Assembly (NCBI GenBank): GCA_041739995.1
Contig: JBGSMV010000034.1
Span: 1 to 62,826, forward strand
Direction of reading: 5' to 3'
Length of the DNA stretch: 62,826 nucleotides
Source of the DNA: Bdellovibrionota bacterium
GTDB lineage: Bacteria > Bdellovibrionota_C > UBA2361 > JBGSMV01
Below are positions 48,368-58,193 of the stretch, one piece after another (position 1 is the first letter of the stretch; the number at the start of each line of letters is the position of its first letter). The position numbers and the translations under genes were made by a program. The notes beneath the pieces are model-generated. The model was not told the origin of the DNA. It did no database searches and worked only from the letters and a program-made list of their open reading frames with translations.

Positions 48368-49675
48368 CTATTGCAGTAGCAGCAAAGCCAGCGAAGGCTG
48401 GGTATTCGCCTGGGCTAGGATGCTCGCCCCCGCTTGCTGAAGAATGCTCTTCAATGCCAGGTTGGCAGTCTCGGCGGCCATATCGGCATCCACAATTCGA
48501 GAACGCGCCTGCAGCGATGCTTCGCGACTCCCGTTCGCTAGTTGAAGAGCGCTGAGTAGTCTGCTTTCAAGCGCCCCGTAGTTTCCCCTTAGAGCGGACA
48601 AGTCGTTGAGCCGAGACCTCACCACGCCGAGTGACGACAGTGCTCTTGAAACTGTATCCACTCCGCTGAAGTCAATCGCACTACCGTTCCCCGCGTTCGC
48701 TCCTTGGGTGAGAAAGCGCAAGCCCGTAAGGTCGAGTGAAACGCCCCATGTACCGTTCGAAACGGTGTACGTTGTGCCGTTGTATACGGAACCATCCGCG
48801 GGATTGATTAGATGGTTGCCACTGCCGCTCAGAAATTCGAACTGATTTGCCGCTGCAGAAATTGGGGTCCAGACCTCGGAACCTTCGCTGCGGTAAAAAG
48901 AGATTACACCGACGGTGTCGGCACCAGGTGCATTCCAGTACCCGTTAATGAAGCCGACTGCTACCTCGACCTGTTCTCCGGTATCGGTTGTGGTGGTGGT
49001 AAAGTACACTTGGTCTCGAAAAGCAGCTCGCAGGTCTTCCTCGGTTGGCGTTCCAGAGACGCCAAAGGATAGAAATGCGAATATGTCACCCACTGCTACC
49101 CCACCGATTCCATCCCAATCTGGTGTAGCCAAAGTGCTTCGATTGATTATTCCGCTTAAGCTTGCCGTATCCGCCGAGGTGGAGGTAATGCGAGCAGAAG
49201 AAGAACCATTAATCCCGACTTGCAGATCGAGCAGCGACAGTCCGTTGGCGCGAGTTCCACGTAGCAGTGAGAGTCCATTGAAAGTAGTGGAGTCACCCAG
49301 TCGCCCAAATTCCTTAAGTAACTGCTGATACTCAACATCAAGGCTGCGGCGTTGCGTGCTCGAGTAAGATCCATTTGCTGATTGTTCAGCGAGCTCGGCA
49401 AGGCGATTTAAAATTCCGCTCTGCTGATCGAGAACGCCATTTGCAATGCTTATCAGTGAGAATCCATCACTGATATTTCGAGCAGTAGCGGAGTAGAGGC
49501 GCGCATCCGCGCCAAGGCGCTCCGACACAGCAAGGCCCGCTGCGTCGTCGCTGGCCCGATTTATGCGCATACCGCTACTGAGTCGCTCGAACGTGCGACT
49601 TAAAGCTTCTGAGTTTTGCGCGAGAGATCGTTGCGCACCTAACGATGCAACGTTGCTCCCAATTGTAATGGGCAC
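48368..49675 (-). CDS. fliC: Flagellin (orphan)
   Basis: RLSSGMRINRASDDAAGL N-domain and SRIVDADMAAE...LAQAN C-domain. Probable GTG start at 49675. Confidence 0.9.
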   Translation of the reverse strand: MPITIGSNVASLGAQRSLAQNSEALSRTFERLSSGMRINRASDDAAGLAVSERLGADARLYSATARNISDGFSLISIANGVLDQQSGILNRLAELAEQSANGSYSSTQRRSLDVEYQQLLKEFGRLGDSTTFNGLSLLRGTRANGLSLLDLQVGINGSSSARITSTSADTASLSGIINRSTLATPDWDGIGGVAVGDIFAFLSFGVSGTPTEEDLRAAFRDQVYFTTTTTDTGEQVEVAVGFINGYWNAPGADTVGVISFYRSEGSEVWTPISAAANQFEFLSGSGNHLINPADGSVYNGTTYTVSNGTWGVSLDLTGLRFLTQGANAGNGSAIDFSGVDTVSRALSSLGVVRSRLNDLSALRGNYGALESRLLSALQLANGSREASLQARSRIVDADMAAETANLALKSILQQAGASILAQANTQPSLALLLLQ

Positions 49676-50179
49676 TGTAAAACCACACCCAATTTTGCAG
49701 CTGAGCAAAAATCGTTGCTCATCAGCCTCTTAGATCGGGTGTTCCAGGAAGTTTCTAAAGAAAGATCGGAAGCTCTAAGAGGTCTGCTTAGGAGCATCTG
49801 TTTGTTCTATCGGCGCGGAGAGTTGGGTGTAGACCAAACTTGAAGCGAAGCAGAGAAATAGGAATGGTGACTTCTCGTAGCGGCTATCATTCTCCTGATC
49901 TGAGAGTGGAACAGTGTGAGCGCTGAAGGGGATGATCGTGAGAAATGTGAGGCATGCTGGGCAGTTGGGCTATTGTCGCGCAAACATCCATGGCGCTCGT
50001 TCGGACCTCTGTCGCCCTTTCGCACTTCGCGCGGGTCCGAAAGGTGTCAGAGACCTTTGGTTTTTGCGAGGCCAAATACTCATATTCTGTCCTCAATTGT
50101 CGTTACTAGAGGCGAGAACCGCCCAAAGGAGTGGGGGATCTAGGAAGTTTTCGTAACATGGCAGTTACGCTTGGAAGCA

Positions 50180-50704
50180 ACGTGGACTGCTCGCTCAGCT
50201 TGCGTTGACTATGTCGACACCGATTAGTCTTCAGGGATTGTCTAAAAAACAGAGCTCGCGTCGCATCATACGGTTCAAGCATATATCCAATTCTTAGAGG
50301 ACAGCTTTGCACTTCGTACCTGTTACGCGCTTGATCCTGATACTGGAGCTCAGAGATTTAGGAAGCAGAAGAAGTTTTATTTTACCGATCCGATTATATA
50401 TTGGATCGCAGTTCGCATGGCGGGGCTTCCCCTCGGCACCAACTGGAAATCTAGTGTTGCCGAGATCGTAGGATTCGAAGCGTTAGCCCAGCGAGTCGAA
50501 AAAACGCATGAGCGGCTTGGATACTATAGTAGCGCTGCGGGAGAGGTAGATTACTTCTCACCGAAGCGCTGGGCGATTGAGCTAAAGTGGTCAGCGGTGG
50601 CGCACAATATGTCTCCTGCGTTTCACGCGGCGCCAGTACCTGAGAAATTTGTTTGGACTCAAAGTAATTTTTTGGACCAGCAGCCTGAGTTGCCGAGAGA
50701 CTAG
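50180..50704 (+). pseudogene. Remnant of an AAA+ ATPase/DUF4143-type protein
   Basis: ...TPISLQGLSKK / frameshift in A6 at 50244-50249 / TELASHHTVQAYIQFLEDSF...KKFYFTDP...EVDY...AIELKW. No intact N-terminus seen. Confidence 0.65.
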
Positions 50705-50772
50705 TTGTTGTTTGCCACAGCATTGGTGCGCTCGTCATTGCTGAGGGAGGGACCAACTATTTGGGCCAATCA

Positions 50773-52377
50773 CTACTCTGGAGTTGATTCGCTGGGGCAG
50801 GTAAAGGTGCGTTGATCCACATCAGCAACTTGAGCTGAGTCGATCAATCTCGGCATTGTGGCGATAATCGAGGTTTGAAATCCTCCGCCCGATATTGGTT
50901 TGATTCGAACTAGTTCGGAATCTACTGCCGCGATTCCACCAAGCACACCATCGTTATCATAGTTGCCCATATCTGCGTCCCAAATAAACGAGGCATACGG
51001 ATGATAAGACAGCAGTTGCTGGGTCCAGGTGCTACCATCTCGGCGATACAATAAGACATTGCTACGTGTGCTAACGATTAGATCTTGTTGGTTAGGCCCA
51101 GTAAGTGGCCCGACCCCTAAACCATCTACCGCTCCGATGCTCGCGCCGATGGTTGAGAGCTGCCATCCTGTGATTGAGTGATCAAGGGCAAAGAGGCTTC
51201 CAATTTGAGGATTATAGCCATTCCATGCACCTACAACAATCTCTAGTTCTGGATCGGAATCGAGGTTTGCCAACAGCATACGCTCGGCTCGCAACTGGCC
51301 ACCAATATTTGTGGCGATTAGTTCAGAGTTCCAACCAGTGAGAGACTTGGTAAAGGCTCTTATCTCCATACTCGCGGATCTATTTAACCCCGTATTCGCT
51401 ACGGCAACCACAACCGAGTTCTGCCCCGTCGCGTAGAGATCGGCGATTTGTATCATCTGCACGTCTCCCTGATACTCTGGGTTGGAGATTAATTCTTCAT
51501 TCCATCCAGCAACACCTCGCGTGTACGAGCGCAAGCGAATTTCACCAGGATAATAGCCCTCGAGTCCTGCAATAACATCAGCATTTCCGTCATTGTCAGC
51601 ATCGCCAATGGCAATAGCTTCGACGTTATTGACGATCGATTGCCCGAAAGATTCTTCGCTCCAATTCTCGGCTAAGTTGTCATATGTGAAAACGCGCACC
51701 GCACCAGAGGTGCCCTCATAATGACGCGCTAAACCAGCAGCGATAGATTTTTGACCCACGTAGATATCGCCAATGTCGATCGATTCGATTCGTACAGGGA
51801 TGTCGGCGATCATGCGGGTGGTTAACGCACCACCGGTAATATTCAAGGTGCGTAACGTACCGACTCCGCCTGACTGCAAAGCGATAACGATCTCATTGTC
51901 AGTACAGAGCGGCGAGTTCTCCTCACATTGCCCGGAGCCACCATTTGAGTCATCGCAGCCTGTGCTCAGTACTGGAACCGGCGTAGGAGTTGGCGTTACT
52001 ATTGGTGCAGGGGTTGCAGGTGGTAGTAGAGGAGATGGCACTAAAGTGCGGCAGAATCTCCCTAAGGCTCTAATGCGACTTCTTTTAACCTGCTGGTTAT
52101 TTAGCGGGTACCATATTGTACGCCGTTTTGATCTAGATCTTGTGAAAGTTCCTGGCCTAGATCCTCTGCAAACAATCTTTTTGCCGAGAGCTCTACGATT
52201 CGAAACTATAAACTGGGGGGAATTTCTGTCGGTTAACTTGACGCCTATAGGGCTCTGGGACTTAGTGCTTCGGGGCTGCGCGTATGCCGGGAGGCACAGA
52301 AAAAACGCGAAACAAATCGCACAGATAAGCGCATGAATAGCGTTTTTTTTAATACTTTGATTATCGCCCCGGCTCAT
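50773..52377 (-). CDS. Secreted FG-GAP-like repeat protein with basic N-domain and Pro/Thr linker
   Basis: Signal peptide; IGDADNDGNADV, ANLDSDPELEI and GNYDNDG repeats. Confidence 0.75.
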   Translation of the reverse strand: MSRGDNQSIKKNAIHALICAICFAFFLCLPAYAQPRSTKSQSPIGVKLTDRNSPQFIVSNRRALGKKIVCRGSRPGTFTRSRSKRRTIWYPLNNQQVKRSRIRALGRFCRTLVPSPLLPPATPAPIVTPTPTPVPVLSTGCDDSNGGSGQCEENSPLCTDNEIVIALQSGGVGTLRTLNITGGALTTRMIADIPVRIESIDIGDIYVGQKSIAAGLARHYEGTSGAVRVFTYDNLAENWSEESFGQSIVNNVEAIAIGDADNDGNADVIAGLEGYYPGEIRLRSYTRGVAGWNEELISNPEYQGDVQMIQIADLYATGQNSVVVAVANTGLNRSASMEIRAFTKSLTGWNSELIATNIGGQLRAERMLLANLDSDPELEIVVGAWNGYNPQIGSLFALDHSITGWQLSTIGASIGAVDGLGVGPLTGPNQQDLIVSTRSNVLLYRRDGSTWTQQLLSYHPYASFIWDADMGNYDNDGVLGGIAAVDSELVRIKPISGGGFQTSIIATMPRLIDSAQVADVDQRTFTCPSESTPE

Positions 52378-52388
52378 GTGCAGCTATC

Positions 52389-55019
52389 TTAACACCCCTC
52401 GAACCAGCTACTCAAGAAAGCGAAGATATCCGGCACTGCCACTTGTCCATTGCCATCGAAGTCTGCAGCCATGCTCTGCGCAAACCAAGCGGAGAGAAAT
52501 ACGAAGATGTCAGTCGTATTCGAAACTTGATTGCCGTCAAAGTCCGCCGGGCAGATGTTTTGACTCCCCTCGATTTCGTACACGGCATAGTTATGAGTAG
52601 TATCATTTTCATTAATTTCATCGAATCGCCCACCAACATGCAGCCGATCTCGGCTTGAATCAAACAACACACGTCGTACGCGGTAGTCCAAGTAGTTATT
52701 CGCATCTGTGCCAATAGCTGGGCCTACACCACTGACACTCGGACTCCAGTTGCTCGGCTCACCGCTCGTCAAGTCGACTGCCATTAGATGATTTGCGGGA
52801 TTCAATGCGGAAGAAACCGCAAGATGTCCACCAACATAAAGTCGGCTTCGCCCGTGATCCAGAGCGAGGCTGTGAATTCTCGCACTACCTGCAAGCCCGG
52901 TGTTCGGATTCCATGCCGTTACTTGCCCATTCGCGATTGAAATGGCAGCCAGTCGATTGCGCGGCTGTCCACCAATGACGGTAAAGTCTCCTCCGGCATA
53001 GAGAAGTTGGCTAAGCGGATCAATTACAAGCGCATAAACGAAAGAACTGAAGCTACTCCCTGATAAACTTGTCTGAGGATTCCAACTTAAAAGTTGGTTA
53101 GTGACGGTGTCGAATGATGCTAAACTGCTTCGCGCCTGTGCGCCCATCAGGCTAAAATTCCCGGCGACGTAAAGTTGATCGCTCGCTTCGTCGAGCGCCA
53201 TCGCGGCAACGACACTATTGGGATACCCAAAAAATTGCGTCTGATTGACTGCAGTATTGATTGATGCAAGCCGATATACTGGTCCGTTGTCGGCGTTTGA
53301 CGCAGGGATAATAGCGCTATAGGTCATTCCGACAAACAACTTTGCATGTTCATGATCAAAAATCATCGATGTGGGAGAATCCGGCTTATAGGTAGCCGGG
53401 TTTATTCCGGATCCGTTGACGATATCCAGTACAAGTGGTGTCGCAAGTCCAGTGCTCGTATGCAGAGCAGCAAGGCGTGTTCTTGCCTGTCCCCCGATGT
53501 TTGCGAATGTCCCGCCGGCATAAAGAGTATTGCCCGAGGGATCAATTGCCAATTCATAGACCACACCATCAGCATTGGGATTGAAGTCGGTGGCGCGCCC
53601 AGTGAGATTATCAATCGCGGCAATATAATTACGCCGATCTCCCTGCAAGATCATAGCTCCACCGCCGATATATATATTATCCCCTGCAGAGCTTGGAGCT
53701 ATAGAGCGAACAAATTCAAAATATTTGTTTTGTGCTGGATTCCAAGTCGACACTTCGCCAGTCAAAGTGTCGAACGCCGCAAGGTTCTCTCTGTCGAGAC
53801 GGCTCGCAGATCCATTGTCTCCGATCCAGGAGAATTTGCCGCCGACATAGAGAGTATTTGAAGCGCCAAGGGATAAAGAGTGTACCGTGCTGCCTGCGGG
53901 ACCCACATACGAGTTCCACGCCGTGGTCAGACCGGTTTGAGTATCAATGGAAGCAAGATTATGTCTTAACTGACCTCCAATTCTTGGGAAGCGTCCGCCG
54001 ACATAAAGTCGATTGTGCGTCGAATCGAATGCAAGAGTTCTTACATGGGTTCCTGGATCCATCGCTGGGTTCCAGGTGGTGACCTGTCGATTTGAGGTGT
54101 TAAGAGAACCAAGCGATTCTCGGCTTTGACCTCCAAGTGAATCAAAATCACCACCCACGTAAAGAATCTGATTTGCGCTATCAAGTGCGAGCGCCAAGAC
54201 GCTATATCCGGGAGTTTGGCTTAGATAGGAAACCTGCCCGCTCCCAATATCGACAGCAGCAAGGCAATGTCTATTGCCCGCCCCTGCATAGAGTCTGCCC
54301 CCGACAAAAAGGGAGTTGGTGGTGGCATCGAGCGCAAGGCTATAGACCGCAGATCCCGATTGCAGTAGTTGAGTCCCGGGAGTCCAAGGCAACACCTGGC
54401 CGGTAGCCGGGTTCACCGCAGCAATCCTATTTCTCGTTTGGCCTCCTACCGTGGTGAATGTGCCGCCAATATAGAGGACATTCGTTTGAGGATTGAGCGC
54501 AAGCGCATGAATTGAGCCGTTTTGATCCAGACTGAACTGAGCGTCTAAGCTACCGTTTGGCAAAATGCGCGCAATTCCGCTCCTTAGCTGCCCGCCAACT
54601 TTGGAAAAGCGCCCCGCCACAAACCAGCCGCCAACTCCGTCGGAGATGGAAACTTGAACCCGACCAGAACCTCCAGAGACCCGGGCAAAGTTTGCGGGGG
54701 GATCGCCGGCAGAAGCGCTCAACGGCACTCCGTGTCCAGCGTTTGGGCCAACAAGATTAAATGTGCCGCCAATGTAGGTTATTTCATTCGTCGGAGAGTT
54801 AACGATTGAGTACGCAGGGCCATTGGTTATCCACATGCGGTCAGATGGCAGTTGAGATAGCTCCGCTACGCTGAGAGCGGGGTCTTCTGATTCTATCCTG
54901 CTAGCTTCCAGCTTGACTGAAGTTGAATCGGTATTTCGTAGGGGGGCGCTTTCCACGCTTGATGGCGTGAGCCAGATATTAGGAGTGAGAAGTAATGCTG
55001 AAATAATCAAACGTTTCAT
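52389..55019 (-). CDS. Secreted beta-propeller repeat protein with C-terminal dockerin-like (GC-type) domain
   Basis: More than 10 repeats of LYVGG.F..IGGQ.R..LAA....TG....WNP; tail CPADFDGNQVSNTTDIFVFLSAWF...ADFDGNGQVAVPDIFAFLSSWFEGC. Confidence 0.85.
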   Translation of the reverse strand: MKRLIISALLLTPNIWLTPSSVESAPLRNTDSTSVKLEASRIESEDPALSVAELSQLPSDRMWITNGPAYSIVNSPTNEITYIGGTFNLVGPNAGHGVPLSASAGDPPANFARVSGGSGRVQVSISDGVGGWFVAGRFSKVGGQLRSGIARILPNGSLDAQFSLDQNGSIHALALNPQTNVLYIGGTFTTVGGQTRNRIAAVNPATGQVLPWTPGTQLLQSGSAVYSLALDATTNSLFVGGRLYAGAGNRHCLAAVDIGSGQVSYLSQTPGYSVLALALDSANQILYVGGDFDSLGGQSRESLGSLNTSNRQVTTWNPAMDPGTHVRTLAFDSTHNRLYVGGRFPRIGGQLRHNLASIDTQTGLTTAWNSYVGPAGSTVHSLSLGASNTLYVGGKFSWIGDNGSASRLDRENLAAFDTLTGEVSTWNPAQNKYFEFVRSIAPSSAGDNIYIGGGAMILQGDRRNYIAAIDNLTGRATDFNPNADGVVYELAIDPSGNTLYAGGTFANIGGQARTRLAALHTSTGLATPLVLDIVNGSGINPATYKPDSPTSMIFDHEHAKLFVGMTYSAIIPASNADNGPVYRLASINTAVNQTQFFGYPNSVVAAMALDEASDQLYVAGNFSLMGAQARSSLASFDTVTNQLLSWNPQTSLSGSSFSSFVYALVIDPLSQLLYAGGDFTVIGGQPRNRLAAISIANGQVTAWNPNTGLAGSARIHSLALDHGRSRLYVGGHLAVSSALNPANHLMAVDLTSGEPSNWSPSVSGVGPAIGTDANNYLDYRVRRVLFDSSRDRLHVGGRFDEINENDTTHNYAVYEIEGSQNICPADFDGNQVSNTTDIFVFLSAWFAQSMAADFDGNGQVAVPDIFAFLSSWFEGC

Positions 55020-55112
55020 AGCACCTCCAAAAAAACTCTATTCGCTCGAATCCATACGTTAGCGCTACTCTCGATTCCCAAACCGGTCATCAACTCAAGA
55101 ATATTTAGGCTG

Positions 55113-55147
55113 AGGCACTCGTATCTTTGTTAAGAGGTACGAGTGCC
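55113..55147 (-). terminator. Intercistronic hairpin
   Basis: AGGCACTCGTA...TACGAGTGCCT immediately after the stop of 55156..57282. Confidence 0.55.
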
Positions 55148-55155
55148 TGCTTTCG

Positions 55156-57282
55156 CTATCCCTGGAAGAACACCGCCAAGAAGGCAAAGATATCCGGGGG
55201 AGTTACTGCGCCGTCATGGTTAATGTCCGCCCGTTCTTCCTGAGCAAAGTATGCTGCGAGGAAAGCGAAGATGTCAGCTGGATTCACCGCGCCGTCTTGA
55301 TTGAAGTCCGCGGGATTGGCGCCAGGAGACGAGGAGGGAAGTAGTGCAATCACTTGCTCTGCTTCCATTCCTTCACGCTGAACGATAGCGAGTAAGGTTA
55401 GTTCACCCGCGTCGTTGGCGACCTTGCGCTTCAAGGTATAGGTGAACGGACCATCATAATTCTCGATAACGGCGGTGTCGCCGCTCGCAAAGCGCACGCT
55501 TGTTACTCCGCGAACCACCGGTAATGAGGCTTGACCTAAGCTGTCAATGGCGAGAATAGCAGGACGAACAGTGCCTGGACTGTCCTCAGCTGACCGCACA
55601 CTCACCATCGCAAAGCCTTTGCCATTTGGCAGCGCGAGTCCGCTAACATGATTGCTGCCACCGACTGTTACGGTGTAGCCGTCTACTATATCCCCGTCAC
55701 GAATTGCCAAAGGCGCTTGCCCTGGCACTGCGCGGATAAGAACCCGAGCGTTCGTTGCTTGGTCCTGTGCTCGTACCAACATTGAGCCATCGCGGGCTAA
55801 GCTGACCTGCTCAGGAAAAGGAAAGTTTGCAAGTCCTAGTCCCAACGATGAATGAGCAGACGAACTTTCGAGTGCAACTTCAGCAGTACCGTTGAGCTTA
55901 ATGCGAACGATAGCCCAAGCACTGCGAAGCGAGCCGTTCTCGTTGCTTAGCGACGTAAGGATGTAGAGGTCTCCATTGTCCGCAAGGAAGCTCTTGATGT
56001 AATTAATGGAGTCTCCGACCGTCCCAAAGGCGGTAGTGACTTCATTGAGAAGTCCGATTCTGAAGCGTCCCGAAGGCCCGTCAAAGAGTTTTCCGGCAGT
56101 TGCTTCGAACTTGAGGGAGCCCGTGCGGTCAGAGAAAATTGCATGACCTCCGGTGCAACTTATCCCGGCATTGAATGCGACTTTGCCTGAGCCGTTTACG
56201 TTAAGTTTCGAATACGCGCTTGAGGAAATGGCGCAGTCGGGGGTTGCTCCGTCCGCAATTTGTCCGTCTCTGGCAACAAGCTCTAGCGCACCATTTTGGT
56301 ATCGATAGAGTGCTTGGCCATTGGAACTTGTTACCCCTTCGCCTACCAGTGTCACGCCGAACGCTGCGACTCCATTGTCATTCACATTCCGTACGGTTCG
56401 AAGCGGGTAAGGAAAGGCACCGAATTGGGCTCCGCCTGTAGCAGGAGCAACCTCACCGCTACGCGCAATCTGCTCAACCCCACTTGCACTTTGATGTAGA
56501 ATTGCCGATTCGCTGGCAGAGGAGTTTAGGCTCGCGGCAATAAGTTGCTCGCCTACACGGTTCTCCGGCTCAACCGCGCTAAGGATAGAATGAAGAGGGA
56601 TAGCTCCCAAAGCGGTTTGATTTTGAGCAAGGAGGTCCGAAGATGCACCTTGTTGTACTCGAACAAGCCCGAGCTGATTGCTGGCATTTATTCCAGGTCC
56701 CGATAGGCGGCACATGGTGAGTGCTTCGCCATCCCCGGTTATGGTCGGCTTATACTGCGCGTTAGCGGTCGCAGTAACATCGGCGCTAATATTGCCACTT
56801 ACACTTTGTAGAAGATCTTGGTCGCGAAGCAGATGCTGAACCCCTTCTCCCGCACGATATCGATAGAAGTGACTTGAAAGAGCGCTGTTCGGATCTCCGT
56901 CCCACATCTGTGCGGGAAAAATCACATCGCCTTGCTGATTGATCTGCGGATAAATTCCAGTGCCGTTCCCAATGATAAGAGACAGAAGCATTTCGCCGCT
57001 GGGGCTTGCCGCAGCGATCTCTTGTGACTCTGCGATGACTTGCAGTTCAATCGGTGCAGGACCGCGCAGAACAACCTGCTGTTCTTGTACAGACCCGGGC
57101 TTCGCCCAGGCCGAGGTGGCGATACCACTAGCAAGAAGAAGGGAGAGTCCAAGCGCAAACTTGGATTTCAATTGACTTCGCTGTGGATGTGCTGCGCTGC
57201 TGCTTCGTGGCCGGCACATAAGCCTGGCGACGCTAATATTGCTGGTGTTGGATTTGGCAGATACTGACTTAGCAAACCTCAT
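55156..57282 (-). CDS. Secreted NxxGxxAF tandem-repeat protein with C-terminal dockerin-like domain
   Basis: NDNGVAAF, NGSGKVAF, NQQGDVIF repeats; tail ADFNQDGAVNPADIFAFL...ADINHDGAVTPPDIFAFL. Confidence 0.8.
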   Translation of the reverse strand: MRFAKSVSAKSNTSNISVARLMCRPRSSSAAHPQRSQLKSKFALGLSLLLASGIATSAWAKPGSVQEQQVVLRGPAPIELQVIAESQEIAAASPSGEMLLSLIIGNGTGIYPQINQQGDVIFPAQMWDGDPNSALSSHFYRYRAGEGVQHLLRDQDLLQSVSGNISADVTATANAQYKPTITGDGEALTMCRLSGPGINASNQLGLVRVQQGASSDLLAQNQTALGAIPLHSILSAVEPENRVGEQLIAASLNSSASESAILHQSASGVEQIARSGEVAPATGGAQFGAFPYPLRTVRNVNDNGVAAFGVTLVGEGVTSSNGQALYRYQNGALELVARDGQIADGATPDCAISSSAYSKLNVNGSGKVAFNAGISCTGGHAIFSDRTGSLKFEATAGKLFDGPSGRFRIGLLNEVTTAFGTVGDSINYIKSFLADNGDLYILTSLSNENGSLRSAWAIVRIKLNGTAEVALESSSAHSSLGLGLANFPFPEQVSLARDGSMLVRAQDQATNARVLIRAVPGQAPLAIRDGDIVDGYTVTVGGSNHVSGLALPNGKGFAMVSVRSAEDSPGTVRPAILAIDSLGQASLPVVRGVTSVRFASGDTAVIENYDGPFTYTLKRKVANDAGELTLLAIVQREGMEAEQVIALLPSSSPGANPADFNQDGAVNPADIFAFLAAYFAQEERADINHDGAVTPPDIFAFLAVFFQG

Positions 57283-57319
57283 AATAATCTCCTCGAAATA
57301 TTGAACCTGTGCTCAGAGG

Positions 57320-57336
57320 AGCAACTTGCGTACCAA
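57320..57336 (-). promoter_or_regulatory. Sigma-54 promoter of the dockerin-protein operon
   Basis: TTGGTACGCAAGTTGCT, near-consensus. Confidence 0.8.
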
Positions 57337-57374
57337 GGCGAAAGCAGCGTGGGGATAGGGCGAGTCACCAAATT

Positions 57375-57391
57375 TTGCGGTAACACCGCAA
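57375..57391. promoter_or_regulatory. TTGCG-N7-CGCAA palindrome (putative regulator site)
   Basis: TTGCGGTAACACCGCAA, 38 nt from the sigma-54 box. Confidence 0.75.
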
Positions 57392-57653
57392 GTGGCTCGT
57401 TTTACAGACATTCGTTGTTTTGAGCGTTTTAGTGCGAGGCGGCGCAAGAGGCGGTTTTAGTTTGAATCGGTGCATATTTGAAATTTAGGCGTGTATTAGG
57501 TGGGCGCTGTATCCCCACCGAGTGACGGGGCTGCTTCCCAGGGCTCGGTTTCCTGAAGCGAAAGCAGAGAGCAGGGATCGCAGTAGGTCTGCTGCTGGTA
57601 GTATTCCTTAATCGTAGAGTAGGCCTCTCACGCAGTGACCCAACACTCCCCAG

Positions 57654-58073
57654 CTAGGGCGTAGAGTCCGAGATGCGGTGTCTCTGGGCTCGAGTTTGAG
57701 GTCCTTTTCCCGAGCCCATAATTCCCATTCCATCGCCGGCACTTCTTGGTTTTGCCGGTAGCAGTAAAGGTGCTGCAATCAGTAGCAGACCAAGCCCGAT
57801 GGAAAGGAGAAGTAGTAGACTTCGTTGCCTTGTGGCGACCTTAACCACCCAAGACCAATTCAAAATGAGATGAAGTAGCGACAGAACAATGAAGCCTAGT
57901 GCTGCGATGAAATGCAGCTCCGACCAGTCGTGTCGCGACAGGCCTGCGATAATGACCCGTTGTGGGCCACTATCTGCGAAGCGCAGCTCGAGCGTCAGTC
58001 CCGTCCCAATCATCACACAAGACAGCAGGAAGAGGAGATAGTTTGAGATTCGCAGGAATGAAGATCTATTCAT
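57654..58073 (-). CDS. DUF4405-family membrane protein
   Basis: GLSRHDWSELH...LLHLILNWSW; GGAGG RBS. Confidence 0.8.
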   Translation of the reverse strand: MNRSSFLRISNYLLFLLSCVMIGTGLTLELRFADSGPQRVIIAGLSRHDWSELHFIAALGFIVLSLLHLILNWSWVVKVATRQRSLLLLLSIGLGLLLIAAPLLLPAKPRSAGDGMGIMGSGKGPQTRAQRHRISDSTP

Positions 58074-58193
58074 AGCAAGATCCTCCCGTATTATTAAAAA
58101 AAACCGCGCGAGCAAATCGGGGTGCGCGTCAACTAAAAGCAGACTACTCCCTGCTGGACGATGTGCGCAACGTGGTCGGAGTGGCGAAAGCCG

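Noticed and set aside
49731..49758. Sigma-28 promoter for the flagellin (TTAG-N15-CCCGATCT)
   Set aside because: The -35 match is weak. Plausible but not supportable.
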